Below are positions 34,123 to 47,416 of a stretch of DNA of 64,000 bases, piece after piece (the first letter of the stretch is position 1; each line of letters opens with the position of its first letter). Made by a program: the position numbers and the translations under genes. The notes under the pieces were generated by a model. That model made no database searches and was not told where the DNA came from. It saw only the letters and a program-made list of their open reading frames with translations. This stretch comes from Anthoceros angustus (taxonomy: Eukaryota; Plantae; Anthocerotophyta): the NCBI GenBank assembly GCA_010909165.1, contig MU008151.1:1-64000 (forward strand). Reading direction: 5' to 3'.

Positions 34123-37100
34123 ATGGCGGAGGACAAGCCGGCGCCCGAGGGCGCGGGGAGCAAGGGCTCGGCGGAGGCGCGGGAGGCGGTGGACCTGGTG
34201 AGGAGGAGGAGGGACAAGAACTGGGGCTGGTGGAGGGGGCTGAATTCTGTGCATGCTGTCGGAAAATTCGGTGCCTTGCGTCGGCCGGGGATTTGTGGAA
34301 TTCGCCACGATTCTAGCCTTTGCATGGGCGGCAGGCCGCCTCACGATCATATTCCGTCTTTTGCTCTTGCGCAGGAGAGAGTTCCCATCGAGGAGGTGTT
34401 CGAGCAGCTGCAATGCACCCGGGCTGGACTCACGGAGGCCCATGCAGCTGAGCTGCTCAATGCCTACGGCTACAACAAGCTCGAGGAGCGCAAGGTAAGG
34501 CTGGCTCCAGTACTTTTGCATGCAGCGAGCGAGGGTGGAGGTGGAGGCGGAAAGTCTGCCTCGGAATTTTGCGCCTTGGCAGTCGATTTTAGGGAGCGAG
34601 CGACTCGGTGTCTCAAGATCCTAGCCTGCGTTTCTAGGACTGGGACCGGGTCTTTCGGGCCAAGTTTTTGTCTTCCAGCGGAATTGGCGCATCGCGGCTG
34701 CCGCTGCTGAGAGATTGTGGTGATGCTCTTGCTGGCAGGAAAGCAAATTTCTCAAGTTCCTGGGGTTCATGTGGAATCCGTTGTCGTGGGTGATGGAAGC
34801 TGCAGCAATTGTGGCGATTGCCGTTGCCAATGGAGGGGTGCGTTGCGGTTGCCTTGTATGCTTTGCAACAGTTTGCAGATCTGCTTCACGTCCTGCAGCT
34901 CATTCCGGCTGGTTGATTTCGTGGACTGTAGGGCAAACCCCCGGACTGGCAAGACTTTGTCGGAATCATTGTGTTGCTCGTGATCAATTCTACCATCAGT
35001 TTCATTGAAGAGAATAACGCAGGAAATGCTGCGGCTGCATTGATGGCCCGTCTGGCACCCAAGGCGAAGGTATCTTATCTGCGATTTATTAGTTCTTGCT
35101 GTTTCTGGAGGAGGAAAAAAAAAGGCCTCAGCCAATTGGTCTCCAGGTGCTTGGAAGGAGTTCTTATCCCGACTGTTAAATGATAGGTCTTGCGGGACGG
35201 AGAGTGGAAGGAGGTGGATGCCGCGATTCTCGTGCCTGGAGACATCATCTCCATTAAGCTTGGGGATATTGTCCCTGCAGATGCTCGTCTTCTTGAGGGT
35301 GATCCTCTGAAGATTGATCAGGTGTGATGCGCTTCCTACCTGCAGGATTGGCTGAACTGCACGTGACTTTGGAGCAAACACTCTTAACAGTTTACGCCTG
35401 GTTGGCAGTCTTCTTTGACCGGAGAGTCTCTTCCGGTCACTAAAAAGCCAGGAGACGAAGTCTATTCAGGATCAACCTGTAAGCAAGGTGAAATTGAAGC
35501 CGTGGTCATTGCAACTGGTGTGCACACCTTCTTTGGGAAGGCTGCCCATCTAGTGGATACAACAAATCAAGTCGGCCATTTTCAAAAGGTTGTGTACGCT
35601 GTTATGCAGGCAGTTGTCCCTGTGTTTCTACGAGATGTTTGGGTCTGTCAGTTGGCAATGTCCCTTGAATTATCTGATGATCTCACGTCTGTTTCTGTCC
35701 AGGTGCTCAGGTCTATCGGAACTTTCTGCATCGCATCCATCTTCATTGGTATAGTCATCGAAATTATTGTGATGTTCCCAATCCAGCATAGAAAGTACAG
35801 GGATGGCATCAACAATATTCTGGTGCTCTTGATCGGTGGCATTCCTATTGCAATGCCAACTGTCCTGTCTGTGACCATGGCCATCGGTTCTCACAGACTC
35901 TCCCAGCAAGTAAGTTGCACTGGAAACTGATACTGGCTTTGCCCATGAACTTCTCTAATGGCAATCAGTACACAGGGGGCTATTACCAAGCGCATGACAG
36001 CTATCGAGGAGATGGCTGGAATGGATGTGCTCTGTAGTGATAAGACTGGAACGCTTACTCTGAACAAGCTGACTGTTGACAGAAACCTTGTCGAGGTGAG
36101 GTGAATAGGAATCTTGATACGAAACGTTAATTTCTGGTCATTTCCCTTTGCACTTCTGTTTTTTGTGACCCTTGCTTTGTATGCAGGTGTTTTCGAAGTC
36201 GGTTGACAAGGAACGGGTTGTGCTGCTTGCCGCAAGGGCTTCAAGAGTTGAAAACCAAGATGCTATTGATGCCGCAATTGTTAGCATGCTGGCTGATCCT
36301 AAAGAGGTTGTTACCCACTCTTCGACCGGCAGTCTCACAGTTGGTCCCGACTTTAGGACATTAGACCCATCATTTCTTATCCATTGTATTCTTTAATGGG
36401 CCTAGGCTCGTGCAAACATACAAGAGTTGCACTTTCTTCCTTTCAACCCGGTGGAGAAGAGAACTGCGATCACATACATAGATGAAGATGGCAAGTGGTG
36501 GCGTGCAAGTAAAGGGGCGCCAGAACAGGTCTAACATAAAAACTTTGGGTGTTGCCTATTTTCTCTTTGAGCTGCCAATTTTTTTTTTTTTTTCTGGCTG
36601 CATTCATACTGCTTGACCTCAAATCTTCATTTCTGTCAATTGCCAGATTTTGGAGCTGGCAAGCAACAAGAACGAAATTGCTTCAAGAGTTCACTCTGTG
36701 ATTGATAATTTTGCTGACCGTGGTCTTCGGGCACTTGGAGTTGCCAGACAGGCAAGTGCAGTTGATGCTCTTGGCAGGTTTCACGAGCTTCTGACTTGCC
36801 GTAGGTGTTATCTGACAGGTCCACTGTCTGCAGGAAGTCCCAGACAAATCGAAGGACAGTCCAGGCGGTCCGTGGGAGTTTCTTGGTCTGATGCCCTTGT
36901 TTGATCCACCTCGGCATGATAGTGCAGATACCATTCGAAAAGCCCTAGATCTTGGTGTCAATGTGAAGATGATTACAGGTATCTCAGATTGTGCAATTGC
37001 AACCTGAGATTGCTTCAAGTTTTAAGTTAGCACTGTTTTGAAAGACCGTAGGTGGACCTAGTGTCCTCCTGTTTTAACACTAGATAATGTCCTCCTACAG

Positions 37101-39174
37101 GTGATCAACTAGCTATTGCAAAGGAGACTGGGCGACGCTTGGGTATGGGAATCAATATGTATCCATCGTCCTCTCTCCTTGGTGGGAAGAGGGATGAAAC
37201 AATTGCGGAGTTACCTGTTGATGAGCTCATTGAGAAGGCAGACGGGTTCGCTGGGGTGTTTCCAGGTGAGCAAATTTGATTGTTCACCCTCTTCTGTGTG
37301 TTTTCTTTTTGTATCTTCTTCCTCTGACATACTCGGGTCCGTTGCAGAGCACAAATACGAAATTGTGAAGCGGCTGCAAGAGAAGAAACATATATGTGGA
37401 ATGACTGGTGATGGAGTGAACGATGCTCCTGCCTTGAAAAGAGCAGATATTGGGATTGCTGTGGCAGATGCCACTGATGCTGCTCGAGGTGCATCTGATA
37501 TTGTGCTCACAGAGCCAGGCTTAAGTGTTATTATCAGCGCTGTGCTAACAAGTCGGGCAATTTTCCAGAGGATGAAGAACTACACGGTACTATGAATTCT
37601 TACTCTGCTTTGAGTCCCAGTCAGTAATGCCACGTTTGGTTTGCCTTTGTTATGTATGAAGTTTTGGACATCCCTTGTTATGTACGAAGTGTTCGATATC
37701 TGTTGTTATGTATGACGTTCTGGACATCAGCTGACACCACCTTTGATGTCAATGGCAGATATATGCCGTTTCCATCACCATTCGTATTGTGGTAAGTAGG
37801 TGTTGTGGGGTCCTTTTTTGGTGTCTCCACGTTATGGGAGCTGCCCTGCAGGTTGCCGGTTAACGAAATCGTGCCTTGCGTTTTGGTGTCTCAGCTTGGA
37901 TTCATGCTCCTGTCTTTGATCTGGAAATTCGACTTTTCACCGTTTATGGTCCTCATCATCGCTATCCTCAATGACGGTAAAAACCCTGATCCAGCTCTGG
38001 TTCTTTGCAAGGTGGTATCAACATGATGGGGCCAGAGTACTGACAAGATCATGTGACAGGTACTATCATGACCATTGCCAAGGATCGAGTGAAACCCTCT
38101 CCGCTCCCTGATAGCTGGAAATTGAAAGAGATTTTTGCCACGGGAGTATGCCTGGGCACCTACATGGGTCTCATCACCGTTCTCTTTTATTGGCTGATCC
38201 ATGAAACAAACTTTTTCCCGGTGAGGGGGTTGACTGATAGGAGAACTGAATCGATTGGTGTATATCTTCTGCTGTGTTCTTGTACTAACCCGACCTGTGC
38301 ATGTGTTCCAGGACAACTTTGGTGTCCGCTCTATCAGTTTCATGAAGGGAGAGGAGACTTCTGCAGTTTATTTGCAAGTGAGCATTGTGAGCCAAGCGCT
38401 CATTTTTGTCACTCGTTCCAGGGGATTTTCTTTTATGGAGCGGCCTGGATTGCTCCTTGTGACGGCATTCCTTCTTGCCCAATTGGTGAGTAAAAATCTT
38501 CTCTCTGAATATGGCACATGTCCGTGGAGGTGGAGTCTGACGACCATTTTCTTGGTTCAGGTCGCTACATTGATTGCAGTCTATGCAAACTGGGGGTTCG
38601 CAGACATCAAGGGCATCGGCTGGGGCTGGGCAGGAGTGATTTGGCTGTTCAGCATCGTCTTCTACGTGCCCCTTGACTTTATCAAATTTGCTGTCCGCTA
38701 CATTCTCAGCGGAAAAGCTTGGGACTACATGCTAGAGCAAAAGGTGCTGAAGCAACCCGTGTTTGCCAGGAAACTAGTTTACAACTGAAGTCTAACAGTC
38801 TGATGTGTGGTGGATGCAGACGGCCTTCACCCGTCAGAAGGACTTCGGAAAGGAAGCCAGAGAAGCACAGTGGGCTCATGCCCAACGCACTCTTCACGGT
38901 CTTCACCCGGTGGAGACCAAAGGAACTACGGAAGGGTTTTCCACCTTCAAGGAATTATCGGACATAGCAGAGCAAGCGAAGAGGCGAGCAGAGATCGCCA
39001 GGTTAGTGAGTTTCCTTTCGCGCACTTCCTTTCTTGCCTGTGTTTGAAACAGATTTCTTACCGGCCTCCCTATGAAGGCTGCGGGAGCTACATACCCTCA
39101 AGGGGCACGTGGAGTCCGTTATCCGATTGAAGAATTTGGACATCAACACTATCCAACACTCCTACACTGTCTGA
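34123..39174 (+). CDS. AHA: Plasma-membrane P3A H+-ATPase with penultimate-Thr C-terminus
   Basis: [61 protein letters not shown]-terminus [31 protein letters not shown]. About 20 exons, one with a GC donor at 36752. Confidence 0.97.
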
Positions 39175-39701
39175 AAATCCTTCAAATATTTTGCTCTTTG
39201 TAGTCACTTAGGAATAGGTCTAGGTAGTTCTCCTCTACTTTAGAATTGTTGGCGAACCCCGGAAACAACTTAGCTGTGGTGGGTTTTCATAGTCTGCCAG
39301 TTTTTTGAGTTATTTTCGATTCTAGACAGTAGGTTGTACTGTTGGCAATGTACTGTCGCACTCCAAGTATGTGCGGCGTAGCGCTTGTACATAAATAACA
39401 GCGTTGATCGACTGTTTGGGGACCTTCGCATATAATTCTTTGAGTTGGAAAGTTCCACGTATCAAGGTCCATTTTGGCACTGTGAATTGGCTCTCCATCA
39501 CATGCACCTCCTTTCTCATTCTCCAACGGCGTTTGGATCTTCGTCCCTTCATGCAGTTCCTCTCCGATTCTCTACCAACGCTATTATCCGTTTCGATATC
39601 TGCACAACCTGTCCAATTCTCCGACAGTGCTTTTATGCAAGTACATGTGTAGTTCCATCGATGAGTGTGTCGGGGATGTGTTTCTGTGAGAGCCCTGAGG
39701 T

Positions 39702-42700
39702 ATGCCAGTCATGGCTGCCTGGAGCTGCTCAATTGGTGGCTTCGCAGGTATATCAGGAAGAGCTGCCGCTCACCTGACTGTAGCCGACCCACCGTGGCCT
39801 AGTAAGGCAGCCAGCCGCAGCAGCCTTGCAAGGCCTTCAGTCCCTGCAGAATTAGATATGCAGGTAGGTCGTCCTGATCCTGTGCCTCGCAGGCCTGCAG
39901 AGTCTGAAAGGGTGGTAACAGGTGAAATTGTGAGCAGATTATGCGAGCAGGGGCAGCTCAATGAGGCCGTTGAGGCTCTGGGAGTTCTGGTGCAGACAGA
40001 CAGTCGTGTTTTGAAAGCTGTCTTTTACGCTCTTGTAAGGAAATGTGTAGCCATAAAGGATCTAGTTCTGGGGCGCCGTGTTCATGCTCTAACTGTCGAA
40101 AATGGGTATGAATCTGACACGTTCTTGTGTAACCACATCTTGCGAATGTATGCTTCTAACGCCAGGTTGCAAGAAGCGATGGATGTGTTCACCATTGTTG
40201 CCAAACCAGATGCTTTCATGTGGTCTTCCATAATCTCTGCGCATGTTAAGCACGGACATGCGGATGAGGCCATTCAACTGTATCAGGAAATGCGTGGGTC
40301 AGATGTGAAGCCAGATTGCCATGTGTTTGTAGCAGCCTTGCAGGCTTGTGCGAGGGGAGCAGATTTGGAAGCTGGGCAGCAGGTGCATGCTGATGTGCTG
40401 GCCAGTGGGGTCGAGCCTGACTTGTTTGTTTGTAATTGCTTGGTGGACATGTATGCAAAGTGTGGCAGCTTGGAGGACGCTCAGAGGGTGTTTGACGGAC
40501 TTGGTCAGAAGGATGTGGTGACCTGGAATGCCATGATGGCAGGATATTACCAGCAGGGCATGGGTCAAGAAGCCCTTCGTCTTTACAGTGCTATGCAGCA
40601 AGATGGCGTGGATGCACCTGATTGTGTCACATTTGTTTGTCTCCTGCAGGCATGTGCCAGTGTGGGTGCCCCGGCTTTGGAAAGGGGAAAGCAGCTTCAC
40701 CGACAGATTGAACAACAGAGACTCCATGTCGATGTGGTTCTCGGTTGCAGCCTGGTAAACATGTACGCAAAGTGTGGCAGCATGGAGGATGCTCAGAGCG
40801 TGTTTGACAGACTTGGTCAAAAAGATGTGGTAACGTGCACCACTCTGTTGGCGGGATATTCCCAGCAGGGCATGGGACAGGAGGCCCTTGATCTTTACAG
40901 CGCCATGGAAGAAGAAGGCATTGCTTCACCCGATTCTGTGACATTTGTGTGCCTCCTGCAGGCATGTGCAAGTGTGGGTACTCCGGCTTTGGAGAAGGGA
41001 AGGAAGTTTCATAGACAAATTGAAGAACAAGGAGTTGCGGTTGATGCTGTCGTAGGCTGCAGCCTGGTAAACATGTATGCCAAGTGTGGTAGCCTTGAGG
41101 ATGCCCAGATGGTGTTTGACAGGCTTCCACAAAGAAGTGTAGCAACGTGGACTGCTCTGATAGTAGGCTATTCACAGCAGGCAGTCGGTCAGAAAGCCCT
41201 CGATCTCTACAGCGCTATGCAAGAAGAGGGTGTCGATGCACCTGATTCTGTAACATTCGTGTGCCTCCTGCAGGCATGTGCTAGTGTGGGTACCCCAGCT
41301 TTGGAGAAGGGAAAGGAGCTTCATAGACAGATCGAAGAAAGAGGGTTTGAGGTTGATGTTGTGGTAGGCTGCAGCCTGGTGAATATGTATGCGAAGTGTG
41401 GCAGTCTGCAGGATGCTCAGGCCGTGTTTGACAGGCTTCCTCGGAAGAATGAGGTTACCTGGACCGCCCTGATAGTAGGATATTCCCAGCAAGGTATGGG
41501 TCAGGCAGCCCTAGATATTTTCAGTGCTATGCAAGATGAAGGCATCGCTGCACCCGATACCGTGACATTCGTGTGCCTCCTGCAGGCATGTTCAAGTGTG
41601 GGTAACTCGGCTTTGGAGAAGGGGAAGCAACTACATGCACTGATTGGAGAACGAGGACTTCAAGCTGATATGACTGTAGCCAACAATTTGATAAGCATGT
41701 ATACAAAGTGTGGCAGCCTAAAGGATGCCCAGAGGGTGTTTGACAGCCTGTGTCACAAAGATGCTGCAACCTGGACTGCACTAATAGCAGGATACTCCCA
41801 GCAGGGCATGGGTCAAGAAGCCCTTCATCTGTACAGTTGTATGCAAGACGGATGCAGCGCTGCTCCCACTTCCGTGACATTCGTGTCACTCCTGCAGGCA
41901 TGTGCAAGCGTAGGTTCTCCTGCCCTGGGAAAGGGAAGCAGCTTCACGCGCAGATTAGAGAAAGAGGGTTTGAGGTTGATGTTGTGGTAGGCTGCAGCCT
42001 GGTGAATATGTATGCGAAGTGTGGCAGTCTGCAGGATGCTCAGGCCGTGTTTGACAGGCTTCCTCGGAAGAATGAGGTTACCTGGACCGCCCTGATAGTA
42101 GGATATTCCCAGCAAGGTATGGGTCAGGCAGCCCTAGATATTTTCAGTGCTATGCAAGATGAAGGCATCGCTGCACCCGATACCGTGACATTCGTGTGCC
42201 TCCTGCAGGCATGTTCAAGTGTGGGTAACTCGGCTTTGGAGAAGGGGAAGCAACTACATGCACTGATTGGAGAACGAGGACTTCAAGCTGATATGACTGT
42301 AGCCAACAATTTGATAAGCATGTATACAAAGTGTGGCAGCCTAAAGGATGCCCAGAGGGTGTTTGACAGCCTGTGTCACAAAGATGCTGCAACCTGGACT
42401 GCACTAATAGCAGGATACTCCCAGCAGGGCATGGGTCAAGAAGCCCTTCATCTGTACAGTTGTATGCAAGACGGATGCAGCGCTGCTCCCACTTCCGTGA
42501 CATTCGTGTCACTCCTGCAGGCATGTGCAAGCGTAGGTTCTCCTGCCCTGGGAAAGGGGAAGCAGCTTCACGCGCAGATTAGAGAAGGAGGACTTGAAGC
42601 TGATGTTGTTGTAGGTTGCAGCCTGTTGAACATGTACGCAAAGTGTGGCAGCCTAGAGGATGCTCAGGATGTGTTCGACAAGCTTCCTGAAAGAGATGTG

Positions 42701-43576
42701 GTGACATGGACCGCGCTAATAGCAGGATATTCCCAGCAGGGCATGGGTGAGGAAGCCCTTCGCCTTTACGGTGACATGCAACAAGAAGGCATTGCGCTAC
42801 CTGGTTCTGTGACATTTGCCTGCCTCTTGCAAGCATGTGCAAGTGTGGCAGCTTTGCAAGCAGGGAGGCAGCTTCACGCACAGATTGTGGAACAAGGGCT
42901 TCAAGCTGATGCGTTCGTCGCCATCAGTCTACTTAACATGTATGCAAAGTCTGGCAGCATGGATGACGCACAGCAGGTGTTCGATGGGTTGTTACAACGA
43001 CACATCGTTGCCTGGAATGCTCTGATTGCAGGATACACCCGTCAAGGAGAAAGTGATGTGGTCTTCGCCCTAGTCCAGAGAATGGAAGAGGATGGCATAC
43101 AGCCCAACAGCATCACATTCCTTAGCCTACTAACAGTGTGCAGCCACGCAGGTCTAGTGACCAACGGGCGAGAGTACTTCGACGCCATGACCAGACAGTA
43201 TGGCATCACCCCCACTGCGGAACACTACTCATGCCTGGTGGACCTCCTGGGTCGTGCAGGCCACCTGGACGAGGCACTAGCAGTGGTGAGGACAATGCCT
43301 ATACAGCCCTCCGGCACTGTCTGGCACGCTCTACTGGGAGCATGTCAAAAGTGGAGTAACCTGGAAGTGGCACTCCACGCTTTCCATGAAGCAGTGAAGC
43401 TAGACAGCAAGGATGCCGCAGCCTACGTGTTGATGGCCAACACATACGCTGGTGCCCAGATGTGGCCCGAGGCCAAGGAGATGCAGGAGAGAAGGAAAGA
43501 AACAGGGGCATGGAAGGAGCCGGGCCAGACCTGGTGGACAGACATGGACGGCCTCATGCATACCTTTAGGGTTTAG
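39702..43576 (+). CDS. PLS-class pentatricopeptide-repeat protein with E domains (organellar RNA-editing factor type); one frameshift
   Basis: Intronless, about 10 P-L-S triplets (SLVNMYAKCGS / VTWTALIAGYSQQG / PDxVTFVCLLQAC), then HYSCLVDLLGRAG, WHALLGAC and WKEPGQTWW. A 1-nt deletion in the G-run at 41933-41935 splits it into two ORFs. No DYW domain. Confidence 0.93.
41336..42586 (+). repeat. Near-identical 624-bp tandem duplication within the PPR gene (2 PLS triplets per copy)
   Basis: The two copies appear identical by eye except for GGG vs GGGG near the end of copy 1. Confidence 0.92.
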
Positions 43577-44800
43577 GGTCAAAGACCATCCATCCCCCGA
43601 GGGAACCAAGACATGCAAGGATAAGGAACAAGAATATGATATCCCAAAGCAGAAAAAATCTATTGTCCATACTCTTCTCAGAGCTTCGAGTGCGTAGAGC
43701 TCCGGCACAGATAGTAAAGAATCACCCACATCCCCCCCGCTATCACAGCGAGCTTGTGAAGGATTCGTCCTCGAATTCTTGGCATTTTCCTCCGTGCCTA
43801 GCGCCTCCTAATCATCGCATCCTGGGATTTCTTATTGGGTTTTTGAAACTTGAACGTGAGCAAGCTCATGGCGGATGATTGCAAGGGATGTCAGGGAAAT
43901 GTCCATTGCGTTTGCAACATGGAAGACTGATGAAAATTGAAAAGGAGATGATGCGAGCCATGAAAGCCCCAAGGTGGCTGCCGCACGAAGCGGGAAAGCA
44001 TGATGAAACCCATGCCGAGGCCCGCGCACTGGAGCCTGTTTCTCGCGTGGGGTCTGTGATGGCCAGCCTGCATTGATGGGACTGTCGCTGGATTACCGCA
44101 CTCCTCCCCGCCCTTACCGTGCACCCATTATCTCCCATTTAATGCCCTCCAGATCCGACGGTACCAAAAATCCGCCACCTCTCGATGGCCTTTCCATCAC
44201 CACCCAGTCACCACCCGATTCACACCCGAACGGATAATTAGGCTCATTAATCGACCTTGGCCTTAAACGGCGTTCGGTCGTGGTGGTGGTCCTCGCCCGG
44301 CGCCGTTGGCCGTGTGTCTGGGCGCCTGGCGTTGCGTGCCTCGATTGACTCTGCTCTGCTGAATCGCAGGAGCCGGAATCCTGCAGACTGCAGCCCCGTT
44401 TTTTCCTGCCTCTCCACCTGCACGCGCAGTGCTCCACTTCGCTGCCTGTCGCTCTTCGAGTTCGTACTTGGTGAAAGATAGACAGCCCAATTGCATGGCT
44501 CACTTGTCTCGGGAAAATGATGCCGAGGAACTGCTGCCCACCACCGCCACAAGGTGGAGTGCTCGGTGTCCAGCCGATATAATGCCCGTGGCATGTCGGC
44601 CTGACCTACTCCGCTTCCTCTCTTGTCTGCTGTTCTCTGCTGCGCTGCTGTGATCTCGTCATCTCAAGTCCTCTTCATCTTCATCTCCGGTGTGAGTGTG
44701 GGATTTCGTCGTCTCTTTCCCGAAGATGTGCTTTTCGGAGCGCAGGCCGGCTCCTGCTCCATTCCCCAGACATTAGGCACCGGCGACCCTGCCAGCGAGA

Positions 44801-46785
44801 ATGAAGGTTTGCCACAGAGTGTGCTAGAGCGTGGATTTCGGATCCGTCCCCGGGCACCGGGATGGGGTCGTGGGCTTGAATTTGGGCATTGGTGTGTGTG
44901 TGTGTCCGTGGAAGGATCTTGCCCTTATTCTTCCTTGACTGTTGTGTGACACTGTTCTGGCCAGCTCTTGAGTTGGATGCAACGTACTTTTCAAGGGACT
45001 CGGGTGAATCCGTGCAAGGAGCCTTGCAATGGTGAGTGAGCGTGGCTTGATGTCACCGAGTTCTGCCTGTCTTTCAGCTGTTGAAACTGACTTTGTCCGA
45101 TTTTTAATGTCTGGAACGAATGGATGTGGACCTGCAGTGGTCACGGAGGAGAGTGTGAAGAGGAATGCTGGGGACAAATTAGAAGAGCCAGGCGCGCACT
45201 ATTTCCTGATCCGACGCAAGAATACTGATGACGAGTGGATTCCTCTCAAGATTTCCTCAGCGTCTGAGAAGGAGGCAATTGCTGATGGGACGGAGAGACA
45301 GCGCCAGATTCAAAACTTTCAAACGGATCTGAAGAAATCTAAGCTTCGATTGCCGGGTTTAAGCTGCTTCAACCAGCCTGGTTTGGCCGAAGCACGCCCG
45401 GCCTCGACATTTATTGATGATCATTTAGGATTGCTGGCGATCGGGACTTTTGGATTGAAGGGATTTGCGGATGGAGATCTTGGGGATTTGGAAGGATTTG
45501 AGATGCTGGTTGGTGGGTCGGAGAAGGACCTGAGATCTCAGCTCGGGATTCCGCTGCCGGGGCAGGATGTTCGTCCGTTGGAGGAGTCGCCCACGAAGCA
45601 GTACCTGGAGATAGGGGAAGGGATTTGCGCTCAAAGATCAAGGCGCAACAGTCCCGTGTTTGGGGAGAATTCGGCAGGAGAGCTGCAGGTTTTCGGAGGG
45701 TACTGTTGGGAATCGAGATCAATTTCAGGGCCCGGTGGCCTTGAGGAGGAAGGGGATGGAGATGGCAAGCGCGAGGAGGTGAATGCTGCTGCCACGCATG
45801 CAACGCAAGCTGCAGGATTGGAAGACGGTGCCGGCAGACGAGAGGGGGCAATTGTGATTCGACACGGCGACAGCATGTTCTCTTTGGAGAGCTTCCTGGA
45901 CCTGGGTGTGCCACCTAGCCTGTTCAGGAGAGAGAGCGAAAAGAAGCTTTTCCACAGAATTGCCAGGTTTCTTGGTACCAAGAAGGGGAGGGGCAAGAGC
46001 GAGCTGCAGCCTCCTAACGGTGACCGCAAGCTTGCGGTAGCCGTAAAGACAAAGACGGGAGAAGTATCTGAGCGTATAAAGATCACAAATTCCCCAGGTT
46101 TTATGCAGAAATTGTTCAGAATGAGGCCAAAATCCTCGACTGTGGTCAAGCCACTCGTGAGGTTGCACGAGCAAGCAAGCAATTCTGGTAAACACATGGA
46201 ACAGGCTGAAGACAGGGAACGTCGGAAGCTCTGCACGAACGTGGGATTCACTTGTGGTTCTCACCACTCCAGGCGGAAGAGGTCTGGCAGGCCACAGCTG
46301 AAGGACCTGTTTCATGAAGACAACACAGACAACACAGATGAAATACAATCTGAAGAATTTCTGTCTGCATCCAGTCAGGTTAGTCGTCAGTGTCTTAGTT
46401 GTCCAGCCGTCCGTGTTAACCAGGCACCCATTATCTTTTATCTTCTTGTGTAACAGGATCCCAAGACGGCACAGCAAGGAGGCGGACAAGCAGTGTGTGA
46501 AGGTCCTTCCCTTCTGGAGTCCTGCAAAGTCATCGAGCAGTCACCCGAAATGCATTCTTTCGACGATCTCACCATCGACTGGGCCGACTCTGATGACGAG
46601 TTTGCCTCGGATCGAAGTGGTTTTGACGACCATTTCGAGCTTAATCAGGAGCAGTGGCTTGAAAACGACTCTGAATGTGAGATTTTGTTCCGTCTACCGC
46701 GTTCTCTTCCCTGGCTTTCCATGTACTTGCAGTACTGACACGGGAGACTTGTGCGCTGGCTGCAGACTTCGTTCTGGAACTATGA
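44801..46785 (+). CDS. LAZY: LAZY1/DRO1-like IGT-family protein (517 aa)
   Basis: Exons 44801-44806 (MK), 44965-45031 (LLSWMQRTF, domain I), 45138-46378 (GLLAIGTFG, IGT motif), 46457-46676 and 46766-46785, giving WLENDSEYFVLEL* (CCL/EAR-like domain). Total 1554 nt, open. Confidence 0.92.
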
Positions 46786-47416
46786 GCTCAAACGCGTGTA
46801 AACCATCATGCATGTGATACCGTTTCCATCCTGCGTGCAAACCTGAAACGGAAGCTCCTCGTACGATTGATGACTGCGCTAAGGTATTTCTCCTATCATA
46901 TGTGTGACCACCAAACGGCGTACCTCCCTCAGCTCGCATCCACCCAACTGCCACGTCCGCACATCCTGCTCAGCAGAAGGTTGGGTCGACCTGGAAAGCC
47001 AAGAAAACCACGTCCAAGCCTTAATTGTGTATGTCGTTCATTGGTTAGGACTATGCCCTGAATGGGGAATGACACTTGGAAACTGTAAGATCGCTTGTTA
47101 TCAGATGCCACTGGCATCGCACTCAACATTCAGGACACCTGGATCCCACAACGTTGAGCCCTAAGGTCTCAACAAGGCAGCTAATCAGGTGAAGCTGAAT
47201 CAATTGCTACTCTATACTATCGCACATGGTCTCCTTTGTGGACCCTGTGGTGTTGCTTACATCAGCAGACTTGTGCTCCATTCCAGGATCAATCTTCAAA
47301 ACCTGCTGCCATTTCGCGAAGGTATTAGTGAGCAACCCATACCTTGCTCGTGCAAAGCAGTGTAATCCAAACCTATCAGCGAACACGTACCTAGAGGGAG
47401 CAAATCGGTACAGTCT

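Noticed and set aside
46493-46738. LAZY C-terminus ending ...PWLSMYLQY as in the ORF track
   Set aside because: Read-through into the last intron; the spliced form gives the conserved SEYFVLEL end.
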